From the NCBI GenBank assembly GCA_010909165.1, contig MU008174.1:186001-250000 (forward strand): a stretch of DNA of 64,000 nucleotides, written 5' to 3'. Below are positions 10,230 through 22,800 of this stretch, one piece after another; the first letter of the stretch is position 1; every line of letters begins with the position of its first letter. Source of the DNA: Anthoceros angustus. Lineage: Eukaryota; Plantae; Anthocerotophyta. Position numbers and translations under genes: made by a program. The notes under the pieces are model-generated. The model was given only the letters and a program-made list of their open reading frames with translations, searched no databases and had not been told where the DNA came from.

Positions 10230-12671
10230 CTAACCAAATTATCTTTAGGTTGCTACCACCTCACCACGCTTCGCGCCCTACCTCGACTTGGCTGCGGCCA
10301 CGTCCTCCATTGCTGCCGCCACGAGCTCCCGCCACGCGGTCTGACAGTTCTCCCACACTACTTCCACCTCACCGCCACCGCTGACGTCCGAATTTGAGGT
10401 GTACCGCCTGGGCTTCGCATCTTCGCTGGCCGCCTATTCTTGAGGATTATTACGGCTCCTCGTCCACCCAAGCTGGACCTCCTCCTCGCTCAACTCCTCC
10501 AAAGTCGCCTCCATAATAGGGAGCCAACCCCGGGCGCGGTGGTAGAAGTATGCACTTGGTCCTCACTTGCGATGGTAGGCCCCGATCCCTCCTATTTCCA
10601 CACACATGGACGGTGAGGTTAAGCACGCGTTCTCCATTCACATATAGACCGGGCACATAAGTTTCCTCATCCATGTGCCGTAATATAATAGGACCCCTAC
10701 TGCGGTGGTGCTTACCCCCTCCTCCGTAGGCTACACAGTTGCACGGCCTATGTCCTCGCGCCACGTCGCATCCACGCCGCCCGCCGCTTCCGGGTTGGTT
10801 GCGCCAATGTCGGTGGCGGTTTCGACTACATGAGTGGACTCCACCGTCGTTCGTTCGACAACATGAGGTGAGGTTTCGCTACCTCGGTTCTTTGCTTCCT
10901 TCCGCTCGTCCCTTCCGCTACTCGATCGTGGTCCTGCTACCCGCTTCCTTCCCTTTGTCTTTTCGGGCCACGTGCCTCATCCGCTCCGCTTATATCGCTC
11001 CGCTAGCTTATGGGCCTTTTCCAGAGGCCGCTTCACGCTCTGGGCTCGCAACAACTCCCCGCATCTCTGGTTCGTCTGGGCATCCTTAATTTGAGCCATG
11101 AGTGCTTCCTGCGGCTCGTCATGGCTTGCAACTTCTCACAGGCCTGCACAAATCTTCTTGAATCTTGGCCCTTATTTCCTCTAGGTTCCGCTTGTCTTCC
11201 TCCGATTGCTTGCGCTTGGCCTCCTCTTCGTCAAACTGGCCTTCACCACTTCCTCCGTCGCCCCCTGAGCGGTGAGAGCTAAAGCCGCTTGATCCAACAA
11301 ATGCTTGGGCCCGGATCGCCGTGGTCGGCTCACCAAGTCCACTTGTTGTGGCGGCCCGACGCCATCCCTCATCGAGAACTTTCCTCCCCGGTGCGCACCC
11401 TCACCAATTCGGTTGCATCCACCTCTGTTGCCGGTGGAGTCCCTTGAAAATCTCTTCCCATCGAGGAGGGTCCGCCTCGAGGTCGCCCTAAACCCTCGGA
11501 GTTGATTCATCATCGCATCCAGTCGGCAAAATTGTCCTCGGATCGCGCCTCCTCTTCCACCTCCAAGCTGCCGTTTGGCTTTCATTTTCTTTATTTTTCG
11601 TAGCACCAGTGTGACCGCGTCCACCTTCACCTTTTTATTTGATACCTTTTCACCCCGGTCTTCCTCCTTTTCTTTGGTGGGAATTTCCTTCTCCTCCTCC
11701 GGCGCTCGCCACCGACTCCCGGCTATCGATTTTTCCTCCTTGGGCTCCTCCGCCTTCCATTTCACCTCCCTAACCGGCTTCCACATGTGGAGGAGGCTAC
11801 AATCTCCACCTCGCGGGGCAGTTAGCGTAAACATAAAGATGGACCGAAATGGTGAGATTAGAGAGGCCGAGGCGAGGAAATCAAGTTCAACCTCTCTTCA
11901 CACAACTTGTCGAGAGAATTCGCCCAATCGATCTTCGCCCCTTGACCACTTCATGAAGGAAGCAGAGTGGTCGGACAAATAATCCCGCTTCTTGTCTGCG
12001 AAACATAGGAGCCACGGCGGACCCATCAAGCTGTTGCCAAATCCTCGTCAACCGTTGGGTTCACGCCCGCTTTAACGGGCTGCCTGCCGTGCTTCTTTTC
12101 TGACGGCTCCATCACCAACCGCCCGCCTCCTCCTTGCTTGGCCACCCTCTAACCACCTCCGGTCCCAATCCTGCGGCCGCTCTAAATCCCCTTTGTCTCA
12201 TCCTTGGTGTGCGCACACTCCTGCACAGTCCAGTTCATGTAATTCCACCGCTCTTCCATGAAACCCGGCTTGACTCCTTCACAGCTCCATCGAACTTTCC
12301 AATGATCCATGTTCGGCCATTGGGCAAGCACAATTTCGGTGGTGACCTTGGGCGCCATCCCTCTCAGTCTTCGGTCTCGCGCCACAAACCAACGCCACCT
12401 CGCTGCGAATTTCACGGAGGTCGGTCTCGGTTCCTACCTCCTCGGCAAGGGCGGTCATGCGCCTTCCTCTGCGTCGCGCCTCGCTGTCGGCGGGGTTGGG
12501 CTCCTTCCCGCCGTCGTTGCCTCGCGCCTCCTGCGATCACGGTGCCCCGGACGGCTCCTCGACTTGTCGCGCTTGCCGCTCGTCGCGCTCCGTTGTTTGA
12601 GCAGGATTGTCATTTCCTAGGGTTAAGTTTCCCGGGTTCCCCTACTCTGTTAGACCTCTCGCTTCCCACAT
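10230..12671 (-). CDS. LTR-encoded accessory ORF, LTR-A copy
   Basis: Same fragments as the LTR-C copy (ORF-track 10450-10764, 11181-11834, 12182-12415). Confidence 0.6.
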
Positions 12672-12983
12672 CCCAATCCACAACCCCACACTCATTCGGC
12701 TACCGCGTCAGTCGACCCCAACTTATAGACTCTAATTATTCCAAACCCCCTATCTCACATATATAGACTTTTTAGGAACATTCCGAGTCCATGGGCCAAG
12801 GAACACCAAATTCCGGACCATTTATTTTCTAACCTAGGCAATAAAACAAAAAGAACTCCATAGGCCAAGGACATTTTTACTATGAATACCCCAACTACCA
12901 ATCGACTTATTTTCACACCACTCCCAAAAAACAAAAAATTCACTTGAGCACATTTTAAGGGTTTCGAGACTAGATCGTTTACA

Positions 12984-12998
12984 TACTCCCTTCTCATT
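12984..12998 (-). other. Polypurine tract (also at 35020-35034 and ~36133-36147)
   Basis: Minus strand AATGAGAAGGGAGTA immediately before TG of the LTR. Confidence 0.85.
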
Positions 12999-13016
12999 TG
13001 TTGGCGTCCCGCCAAC

Positions 13017-16000
13017 TTATGTATAATACTTCTTGACCCTCCACCCATTGACTCGGGTGGTAGTGGAGTCCCACCTAACTCTTGCGGTTGTCTTGAGCCA
13101 TTCTGAAGACTTGAGAACCCTATGGCCCCATCCATCGAAGGTGGAGCTTGCGAAAGTGCATGTACCTATTGTCGCAATGAGGCCAAGTCACCGGAACTAC
13201 CCACTCTTGCTTCGCAACCGATTGTCATGCCATATTTTCCGTTTCGCTTTGAATATCACACGCCTCGCCCCTATCCTCTGTATGTTTAGCGAAGGCGACC
13301 AGGCGTTCGGTGACTTTCCTCTGCCATGCGGTTAGTTTCACAGATACGCGGTGGGAATTTCAAACTCAATAGGCATTAGGAGAATGGCCGTAGGTGAGGT
13401 AGTACGGTGTTTGTTGCGTTGTTATTTTCTCTGCGATCTGTATGCCCGGGCGGAGTGAAGCTTAAGATCCCGATCGTCGCGTATTCCACCGTTAGCTTGT
13501 TGAGGATCCACAAGAGCCCATTCGCCTTTTCCGTTAAGCCATTTGCCTTGGGATTATAAGGAGTCGTTTTCTGTGGCGAGCGTTGAAGTAGATCGTCATA
13601 TGAGATATAACCGTTGGAAATGTGACCCTCACGACAAGCTCCAAGGACACCATATCGAGTGATAATCATAGAGGAACGCCACTACATGGTGTGTCTACTG
13701 CGGTGCTTGGGCTTCCACCATACGCGTGCAATAGTCAGCCACGAGGATGTATTGGTTTTGTCGCGTCCTCGTTTTGGTATGGGACCAACAAAGTCTATTC
13801 CCCATTTCTCGAATGGCGCAGGCCAATATCGGAACCATTGGCCATTGAGTGGTTGACGGTTTCCCAACCCTCGGCGAGCATCGCGTTTAACAAACTCCTA
13901 GCATCCGATGCATGGTTTGCCACCAATACCCGTTTCAAGCACCTTCTTGCGTGATATGTGCGAAATGTCCTCCGCTTCCCCTCGTGCATCTCGTCGGCCT
14001 CGGATAACTGCTCCTTGTTACCCATAACGTCCGCCCATCCGGTCCCGATTGCAGATTGTCTTTCGTCGTACAAGCGGACGCGAATAGTGCACACGCTTTG
14101 CCGGGGGTTTGAAAGATCCGATGGTATTTTCCCGTTCCAAGAATTCCATCATCTCCTCGTGAGTGGGCCTTGTGTATCCGTTCTCCCTTCTCATTTCTGC
14201 CGAGCCACCATTTACCCTCGCCTTATGGTTGGTGCCTTCCCCTCTAACTCTGTGACAGCTTCATCGGGAAAATCGTCGTTTTGGTCTGTAACCTCCTCTG
14301 TTTTCGACCTCGAAATGTAATCGCATTCACATGTTTACTCCCTCCTCTGGTCTCCACCGTGAGCGTGAATTCTTGCGGAGTAGGATCCATCTTGCTATGC
14401 GTCCGGACAAGTCGGTTTTGTTTACCGGTGTTTGAGGCGAAGTGGTCCACATGGAAGACGAACTCGTGGGATAGCAAATAGTGGCGAAACTTGCGAACCG
14501 AGTACACCATCCCTAGCGCCTCCTCTCGGTGGTGGTATACTTCTTCTGCGTCGGTGCTGCCTCCTGCATAATAGATTGGATAATCGTGCTTCTTGTCATC
14601 CCTTTGGCTTAGAATGGTACCGATTGCATAGGCGAAGCGTCTACAAACACGTGGAATTCTTGCTCGATCCCCCGCGTGGGTCTTTGTGATCGGTGGTCGA
14701 AGATCATTGAAGGCCTCCTCTCGTTTTGCGTCCATTCCACTCCGGTCCTTGCGAAGCAATTACATGTGGCCTTTGGAAAATTCTTCACAAACCTTCGATA
14801 ATAGCCTACCATTCCGAGGAATCCCTAAGCTCCTTGATGTGGTAGGTGGCTTGAGGCGGTAATGATTTTGACCTTATCCGGTCGACCTCTATCCCCAGCA
14901 ATCACGGTGCCCCAACAAAATACCCTCGGCATGCCGAAATAACATTTCTCGGGATGTAGACACAATTGGTCTGTTGACACCGTTCGGACATTTGCGAAGG
15001 TGGTTGAGGTGATCTTTGCTCCAAACACGCGAAGTCATCCGGAAGACCTCCATGAAGTCCCTAAGGTATTCCTTGAAAATCTTGACAATCGCATGAAGGA
15101 TCACGGTGCCCTGTTAATCCGAGCAGCGCTCCGTTTGTAGGCATAGGTTCCCGATCATAGTGAAGGCATTGGTGGCCAATCACTCTCCACGAGATGTGGT
15201 GGTTATACCGAATACCCATCCGAGCAGGTAGACCATTCTCCGCAACTAAGTCCGATTATGTTGTCTATGAATGGAAGCGGGTAATGGTCTTTTTGGTCAC
15301 CTTGTTTAACTTCCTCCAATCACAGCGGACCGTATCTTCCCTTCTTTTTGGGAACCACCACAATTGGGGCTACCCACTCCGATGTCACAATAGGATATAT
15401 AGCGTCGCAAGTAGAGCTCAATTCCTTTACCTTGAATACTTTGGATTTAGCTTGTATTGCGGTATCCGGTGTACGGCACCGGCTCGAGATCAATCTTGTG
15501 CTCCCCACTCCTCGGTATACCCTTCATGTCGTAACGTCAAAAGCAAAACGTGGATAAATTCCATGTGTTTCATACCCCTTTCCAAGTCTGCATTCATCCT
15601 GTTCGAAAACTTAAGGACCTTGCCGGGCAACACTTCCACATCCTTGACCTCATCCGTCTGCCCTCTCTCTCCACCGGCGGATGTGATGCGAACCCTTCCT
15701 CCGGCTGTCTTGGTTCTCCTTCACGCATTCCCCATTCCCGGAATAGGTCGTCTGAGGTAAAACGTGAGACACCCTCCTCGCATCCCTCCGAAGTTTGTCC
15801 AGATGCGTCGCTCTCCGGCTCAGCCACCTCTACTTCCTGTTCCTCGACCTCGTCCGGTCTCCTCGGTCCGACCACCGGGTTGTCAACTGTGACTCCATAG
15901 CAACCTAATAGGTTGATGGAATGGGGAATATCTCTCCGGTAGTCGTCCTCTTCATCTGACCACGAAATATGCGAATGGGAATTTCTCCTTCTCATCCTCT

Positions 16001-16890
16001 CCCAGAGGTATCTTGAGGTGTATCCCTCCGTTTGTGGGTGTCTCCCTGCGTCGTATCTGCTCCAAGTCAAACATATCCTTCCTCCTTAATTTTGGGGTCC
16101 CAGTCCAGGTTTGAATCCCACTTCCTTTCTCGCCCATTTGAAGGTGCAACGTGCCCCATACATCCATGTTCGTCAATGAGAACCTCATACCACAGCGCTT
16201 TTGTTTAATGACCACGTAGTCCATGAGGTGCGGAATGGTACCAATATGGGTTAGGACTCATCCTCTCCCAGGTATCTTGAGAGGTGTATCCCTCCGTTTG
16301 GTGGGTGTCTCCCTGCATCGTATCTCTGCTCCAAGTCAAACATATCCTTCCTCCTTAATTTTGGGGTCCCAGTCCAGGTTTGAATCCCACTTCCTTTCTC
16401 GCCCATTTGAAGGTGCAACGTGCCCCATACATCCATGTTAGTCAATGAGAACCTCATACCTGGCGCTTTTGTTTAATGACCACGTAGTCCATGAGGTGCG
16501 GAATGGTACCAATATGGGTTAGGACTCCGTCGGCTCCCCTAGGCGCCATTTTGGACATGTCCGCCCGCAACACCTTTGATGTATGTTCTATCTGCAACCC
16601 AAGCTTCCGAGCGGTCTCCTCTGTCATGATGTTGACCCCTGACCCGGAATCTAGCGGCACCTTCTTGATTACACATCCCGCAATTTCTATCTGTAGCTCC
16701 GCGGGACCCTGGTCCATCATGGCCACCATATTCACAGCAAGGGGTTTCGGCCTTGGGGTGGAAAGGTTCCGTCTCTTCTTGGGTTGTGCCGCCTTCAATG
16801 CCCCACGGATTTGCTGGCGGTACCGCGGATTGTCCCTGAGAAGCTGTCCGAACGTTATCATGAACTTTTGGTCCATGATAGCTTCCGCCA
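13017..16890 (-). CDS. pol: pol of internal unit 1: protease, RT, RNase H, integrase (frameshifted as given)
   Basis: PR: KVPLDSGSGVNIM (~16650). RT: EWVAPIVVVPKK, KIFKEYLRDFMEVF, LHPEKCYFG. RH: FHVFVDAS, DYPIYY, RKFRHYLLSHEFVFHVDH. INT: EKWGIDFVGP, TTPYNPKANGLTEKANG, GPY/F-like C-terminus. Confidence 0.9.
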
Positions 16891-19800
16891 AATTGAAAGG
16901 AACACCTGACTGTGCTTTCTGTTTCTCCTTGCCAACCCCACCGTCATTTTTCCCTTCTTCCTTCCCGCTGTTGTTTGAGATGTTGCGGTCGTTGAAGCAG
17001 TGGCGGTAGGTGGGTCGGTGGGTCGATGGCCAAAATACGGTTGTGTCTGTTCGATTCTTGTCGGATCATATCCATAACTTCCCGACATCGGGCGGAACGC
17101 CGACTCATCCTTTTTCCTCTTGCGGGTTTTCGCCCCATGTGTCGACTCGAGTCCCACTGCCGTCCATTGTCCTCGTTTTGCACTTCACCCTCGAATCCAG
17201 CGGTCTCGGCGCTAAGGGAGTTACACACTGATGCCATCCAAATCGCAACCCTCGCGTTAGTGTGGCGTTCGTGCCTTGCTCCCGTCCTGGATTCGCATGC
17301 CCTTTTTTTCGGCGACTCCCATACCGAGTCCCTCGGTATACCCCTTCATGTCCGTAACGTCAAAAGCAAAACGTGGATAAATTCCATGCAATTTGTTTCA
17401 TACCCCTTTCCAAGTCTGCATTCATCCTGTTCGAAAACTTAAGGACCTTGCCGGGCAACACTTCCACATCCTTGACCTCATCCGTCTGCACTCTCTCTCT
17501 CCACCGGCGGATGTGATGCGAACCCTTCCTCCTGTCTTGGTTCTCCTTGGCGCATTCCCCATTCCGGAATAGGTCGAGGTAAAGCGTGAGACACCCTCCT
17601 CGCACCCCTCAGTTTGTCGGATCGTCGCTCCGGCTCACCTCTACTTCTGTTCCTCGACCTCGTCCGGTCTCCTCGGTCCGATCCTCCTCCACGACCACGG
17701 GTTGTCAATTGTGACTCCATAGCACCCTAATAGGTTGATGGAATGGGAATATCTCTGTCGTCCTCTTCATCGACCACGAAATATGCGAATGGGAATTTCT
17801 CCTTCTCATCCTCTCCCAGGTATCTTGAGGTGTATCCCTCCGTTTGTGGGTGTCTCCCTGCGTCGTATCTGCTCCAAGTCAAACATATCCTTCCTCCTTA
17901 ATTTTGGGGTCCCAGTCAGGTTTGAATCCACTTCCTTTCTTGCCCATTTGAAGGTGCAACGTGCCCCATACATCCATGTTCGTCAATGAGAACCTCATAC
18001 CACAGGCGCTTTTGTTTAATGACCACGTAGTCCATGAGGTGCGGAATGGTACCAATATGGGTTAGGACTCCGTCGGCTCCCCTAGGCGCCATTTTGGACA
18101 TGTCATGACCCAACACCTTTGATGTATGTTCTATCGCAACCCAAGCTTAGGCGGTCTCCTCATCATGATGTTGACTCGACCGGAATCTAGCGGCACCTTC
18201 TTGATTACACATCCGCAATTTCTATCTGTAGCTCATGAGTCAGTCCATCATGGCCACCATATTCACAGCAAGGGTTTTCGGCCTTGGGGTGGAAAGGTTC
18301 CGTCTCTTCTTGGGTTGTGCCGCCTTCAATGCCCCAGTTCTTTGGCGGTCGCGGATTGTCACGAGAAGGCTGTCGAATGTTATCATGAACTTTTGGTCCA
18401 TGATAGCGTCCAAATTGAAAGGAACACTGTGCTTTCTTTCTCCTTGCCAACCCCACCGTCATTTCAACCGCGGTAGCTGTTTGAGATGTTGCGGTCGTTG
18501 AAGCAGTGGCGGTAGGTGGGTCGGTGGGTCGATGGAGCGGTCAGTTCGATTCTTGTCGGATCATATCCATAACCTTCCCACGACGCCAGGCGGGCGCCGA
18601 CTCATCCTTTTTCCTCTTGCGGGTTTTTCGCCCCATGTGTCGACTCGAGTCCCACTGCCGTCCGGCTGTCCTCGTTTTGCACTTCACCCCTCGAATCCGC
18701 GGTCTCGGCTGCTAAGGGAGTTACACCTGTGATGCCATCCGAAATCGCAATCCTCGCGTTAGGTGTGGCGTTCGTGCCTTGCTCCCCGTCCGCTGGATTC
18801 GCATGCCCCTTTCTTTTTTCGCTGATTCCCATACCGAGTCCCTCGTCGGCCTTTTGTGGTTGGACTTCTCTTCCTTCCCCGCCTGATGAAGACGCCTCTT
18901 CCTCCTCACTTGCGGACGTTATGGAGGCTCCCACTCCGTTCTTCTTCCTCTTTTTCCCCCGTTCTCCCCTTCTTAGGGTGTCCGCCTTCCTCTCGCTCCC
19001 CTTCTTAGGGTGTCCGCCTTCCTCTCGCCGCTCCGCGTCCGAACAGCCATCGCAGGAGTTCCGTAATACCCACTGTCCACATCCCCCAACCCTTCCAGGC
19101 TCCTCGGTGCAGCCTCGGAATCCTCCATCTGAGCGCATCTTCGACTTGCATTGCGGCAGGCTTTCTTTATGCGGGGTGGGTCGCCGTAACCGGAGGTTGA
19201 GCGATCCTCACTGTTTTCGGTGTCTGGCGGAGGCCTGCCGGCTCGTGACGATTGCTTGCAATCCACACACACCTTTCAAAATCACCATTCCCTGGCGAGA
19301 TGCGGAGGGGCATCCACCGGCGGATGTGATGCGAACCCTTCCTCCTGTCTTGGTTCTCCTTGGCGCATTCCCCATTCCGGAATAGGTCGAGGTAAAGCGT
19401 GAGACACCCTCCTCGCACCCTCCGAAGTTTGTCCGGATCGTCGCTCCCGGCTCACCACCTCTACTTGTTCCTCGACCTCGTCCGGTCTCCTCGATCCGAC
19501 CACCGGGTTGTCAATTGTGACTCCATAGCACCCTAATAGGTTGATGGAATGGGAATATCTCTCCGGTAATCGTCCTCTTCATCGACCACGAAATATATGC
19601 GAATGGGAATTTCTCCTTCTCATCCTCTCCCCAGAGGTATCTTGCAGAGGTGTATCCCTCCGTTTGTGGGTGTCTCCCTGCGTCGTATCTGCTCCAAGTC
19701 AAACATATCCTTCCTCCTTAATTTTGGGGTCCCAGAGGTTTGAATCCCACTTCCTTTCGCCCCATTTGAAGGTGCAACGTGCCCCATACATCCATGTTCG

Positions 19801-22800
19801 TCAATGAGAACCTCATACCTGGCGCTTTTGTTTAATGACCACGTAGTCCATGAGGTGCGGAATGGTACCAATATGGGTTAGGACTCCGTCGGCTCCCCTA
19901 GGCGCCATTTTGGACATGTCCGCCAACACCTTTGATGTATGTTCTATCGCAACCCAAGCTTAGGCGGTCTCCTCTGTCATGATGTTGACTCGACCCGGAA
20001 TCTAGCGGCACCTTCTTGATTACACATCCCGCAATTTCTATCTCAGAGCTCAGACGTCCATCATGGCCACCATATTCACAGCAAGGGATTTCGGCCTTGG
20101 GGTGGAAAGGTTCCGTCTCTTCTTGGGTTGTGCCGCCTTCAATGCCCCACGGATTTGCGCGGCTGGATTGTCCGAGGCTGTCGAGCGTTATCATGAACTT
20201 TTGGTCCATGATAGCGTCGCCAAATTGAAAGGAACACTGTGCTTCTGTTTCTCCTTGCCAACCCCACCGTCATTTTTCCTCTTGCGGGGGTGGGTCGGTG
20301 GGTCGATGGCCAAAATACGCAGCCGAGTCTGTTCGATTCTTGTCGGATCATATCCATAACCTTCCCGACATCGGCGGAGCGACTCATCCTTTTTCCTCTT
20401 GCGGGTTTTTCGCCCCATGTGTCGACTCGAGTCCCACTGCCGTCCGGCTGTCCTCGTTTTGCACTTCACCCCTCGAATCCGCGGTCTCGGCTGCTAAGGG
20501 AGTTACACCTGTGATGCCATCCGAAATCGCAACCCTCGCGTTAAGTGTGGCGTTCGTGCCTTGCTCCCGTCCATTTTGGATTCGCATGCCCTTTTCTTTT
20601 TTCGCTGACTCCCATACCGAGTCCCTCGTCAGATTTTTGTGGTTGGACTTCTCTTCCTTCCCCGCCTGATGAAGACGCCTCTTCCTCCTCACTTGCGGAC
20701 GTTATGGAAGCTCCCACTCCGTTCTTCTTCCTTTTTTTCCCTCGCTCCCCCCTTCTTAGGGTGTCCGCCTTCCTCTCGCCGCTCCGTGTCCGAACAGCCA
20801 TCGCAGGAGTTCCGTAATACCCACTATCCACATCCCCCAACCCTTCCAGGCTCCTCGACCTCGTCGGCCTCGGAATCCTCCATCTGACCATGAGCGCATC
20901 TTGACTTGCATTGCGCAGCGGGCTTTCTTTGCGGGGTGGGTCGAGAACGGAGGTTGAGCGATCCTCACTGTTTTCGGTGTCTGGCGGAGGCCTGCCACGT
21001 GACTGATTGCTTGCGGTCCACACGACCTTTCAAAATCACCATTCCCCTGGCGAGATGCGGAGGGGCATCCACTGGCAAGATGCCCGAACCCTCGGCAATT
21101 GTAACACTGACGGCACTCATTTGCGGGGTTCCTTGCCATCGATTGCGAATGCCCATGCACAGGGTTTTCGCAAACTCGAGGTACAAAGTTTTGGTACCGA
21201 GATCGGTGTTGCCTCTTGAATTTGGTATGTATCTTCCAAGCACATCTCCTCATCCTCCTCCTCGTAGCCCGATGGTTGCACTTTTGTTTGTGGGCAGTTC
21301 GACCTCGAGTGCCCTGTCCACAAGTTGAGCGAAGAGATTCGCGCTCCGGTAGCAACCCTTCTTCTATCATGGTCCTTGATGGCATTAAGATGGAGTTTCT
21401 CCGGTTTGACCATCATTTCCTCCATCTTGTTCCCTTGTTGCTCCACTTTTTGGCTGCTTCCACCTCTCTTCTCACACTGCTCGCGTCCTTTCGTGCATAT
21501 AGCAGCTCCTTCCCTTTTGCACGTCGTCTTGTTTCCAGATCATTTTTCCCTTCTTCCTTCTATCCCTTGATTGCGCTCACCTTCGGCGAATTCTCCTCCG
21601 AATCCTCATGGTCTCCTCTTCCGTGGAGCTACCCGAGGAGTCGGTTGAAAACTATCCTCCTCATGAACTGTCGAGGACGAATAGTACTTCTTCTTCTTTT
21701 GTATTTCTTTTTGTCCTTCCGTGCGCCCTTGTTCGAGTTCTTCTTCTCTTCGCGTTGGACTCCTCATAGTTCGAGCGCTTTGATGAAGACGCCTCTTCCT
21801 CCTCACTTGCGGACGTTATGGAAGCTCCCACTCCGTTCTTCTTCCTTTTTTCCCTCGCTCCCCTTCTTAGGGTGTCCGCCTTCCTCTCGCCGCTCCGTCC
21901 GAGCGACCATCGCAGGAGTTCCGTAATACCCACTATCCACATCCCCAACCCTTCCGGGCTCCTCGGTGCAGCCTCGGAATCCTCCATCTGACCATGAGCG
22001 CATCTTCGACTTGCATTGCGCAGCGGCTTTCTTTGCGGGGTGGGTCGCCGTAACCGGAGGTTGAGCGATCCTCACTGTTTTCGGTGTCTGGCGGAGGCCT
22101 GCCGGCTCGTGACGATTGCTTGCGGTCCACACACCTTTCAAAATCACCATTCCCTGGCGAGATGCGGAGGGGCATCCAGCAAGATGCCCGAACCCTCGGC
22201 AATTGTAACACTGACGGCACTCATTTGCGGGTTCCTTGCCATCGATTGCGAATGCCCATGCCTGGGGTTTCGCAAACTCGAGGTACAAAGTTTTGGTACC
22301 CAGATCGGTGTTGCCTCTTGAATTTGGTATGTATCTTCCAAGCACATCTCCTCATCCTCCTCCTCGTAGCTGATGGTTGCACTTTTGTTTGTGGGCGATT
22401 CGACCTCGAGTGCCCTGTCCACAAGTTGAGCGAAGAGATTCGCCCGCGCTCGAGCAACCCTTCTTCTATCATGGTCCTTGATGGCATTAAGATGGAGTTT
22501 CTCGGTTTGACCATCATTTCCTCCATCTTGTTCCCTTGTTGCTCCACTTTTTGGCTGCTTTCCACCTCTCTTCTCACCGCTCCGTCCTTTCGTGCATATA
22601 GCGCTCCTTCCCTTTTGCACGTCGTCTTGTTTCCATCATTTTTCCCTTCTTCCTTCTATCCCTTGATTGCGCTCACCTTCTGACGAATTCTCCTCCGAAT
22701 CCTCGCTGGTCTCCTCTTCCGTGGAGCTACCCGAGGAGTCAGTTGAAGAGCTATCCTCCTCCGCGGAACTGTCATCGGAGGACGAATAGTACTTCTTCTT

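Larger units (their letters stand above)
7690..12983 (-). repeat. LTR-A (3' LTR), expanded by 757-bp internal duplications
   Basis: Begins TGTGGAGTGTGG right after the TSD; ends GATCGTTTACA immediately before the PPT. Confidence 0.9.

Noticed and set aside
12984-13100. Chromodomain (chromovirus/CRM) or env-like ORF after integrase
   Set aside because: Integrase stops at VKKYYT* ~20 nt before the PPT, leaving no room; the LTR ORF lacks a transmembrane helix.
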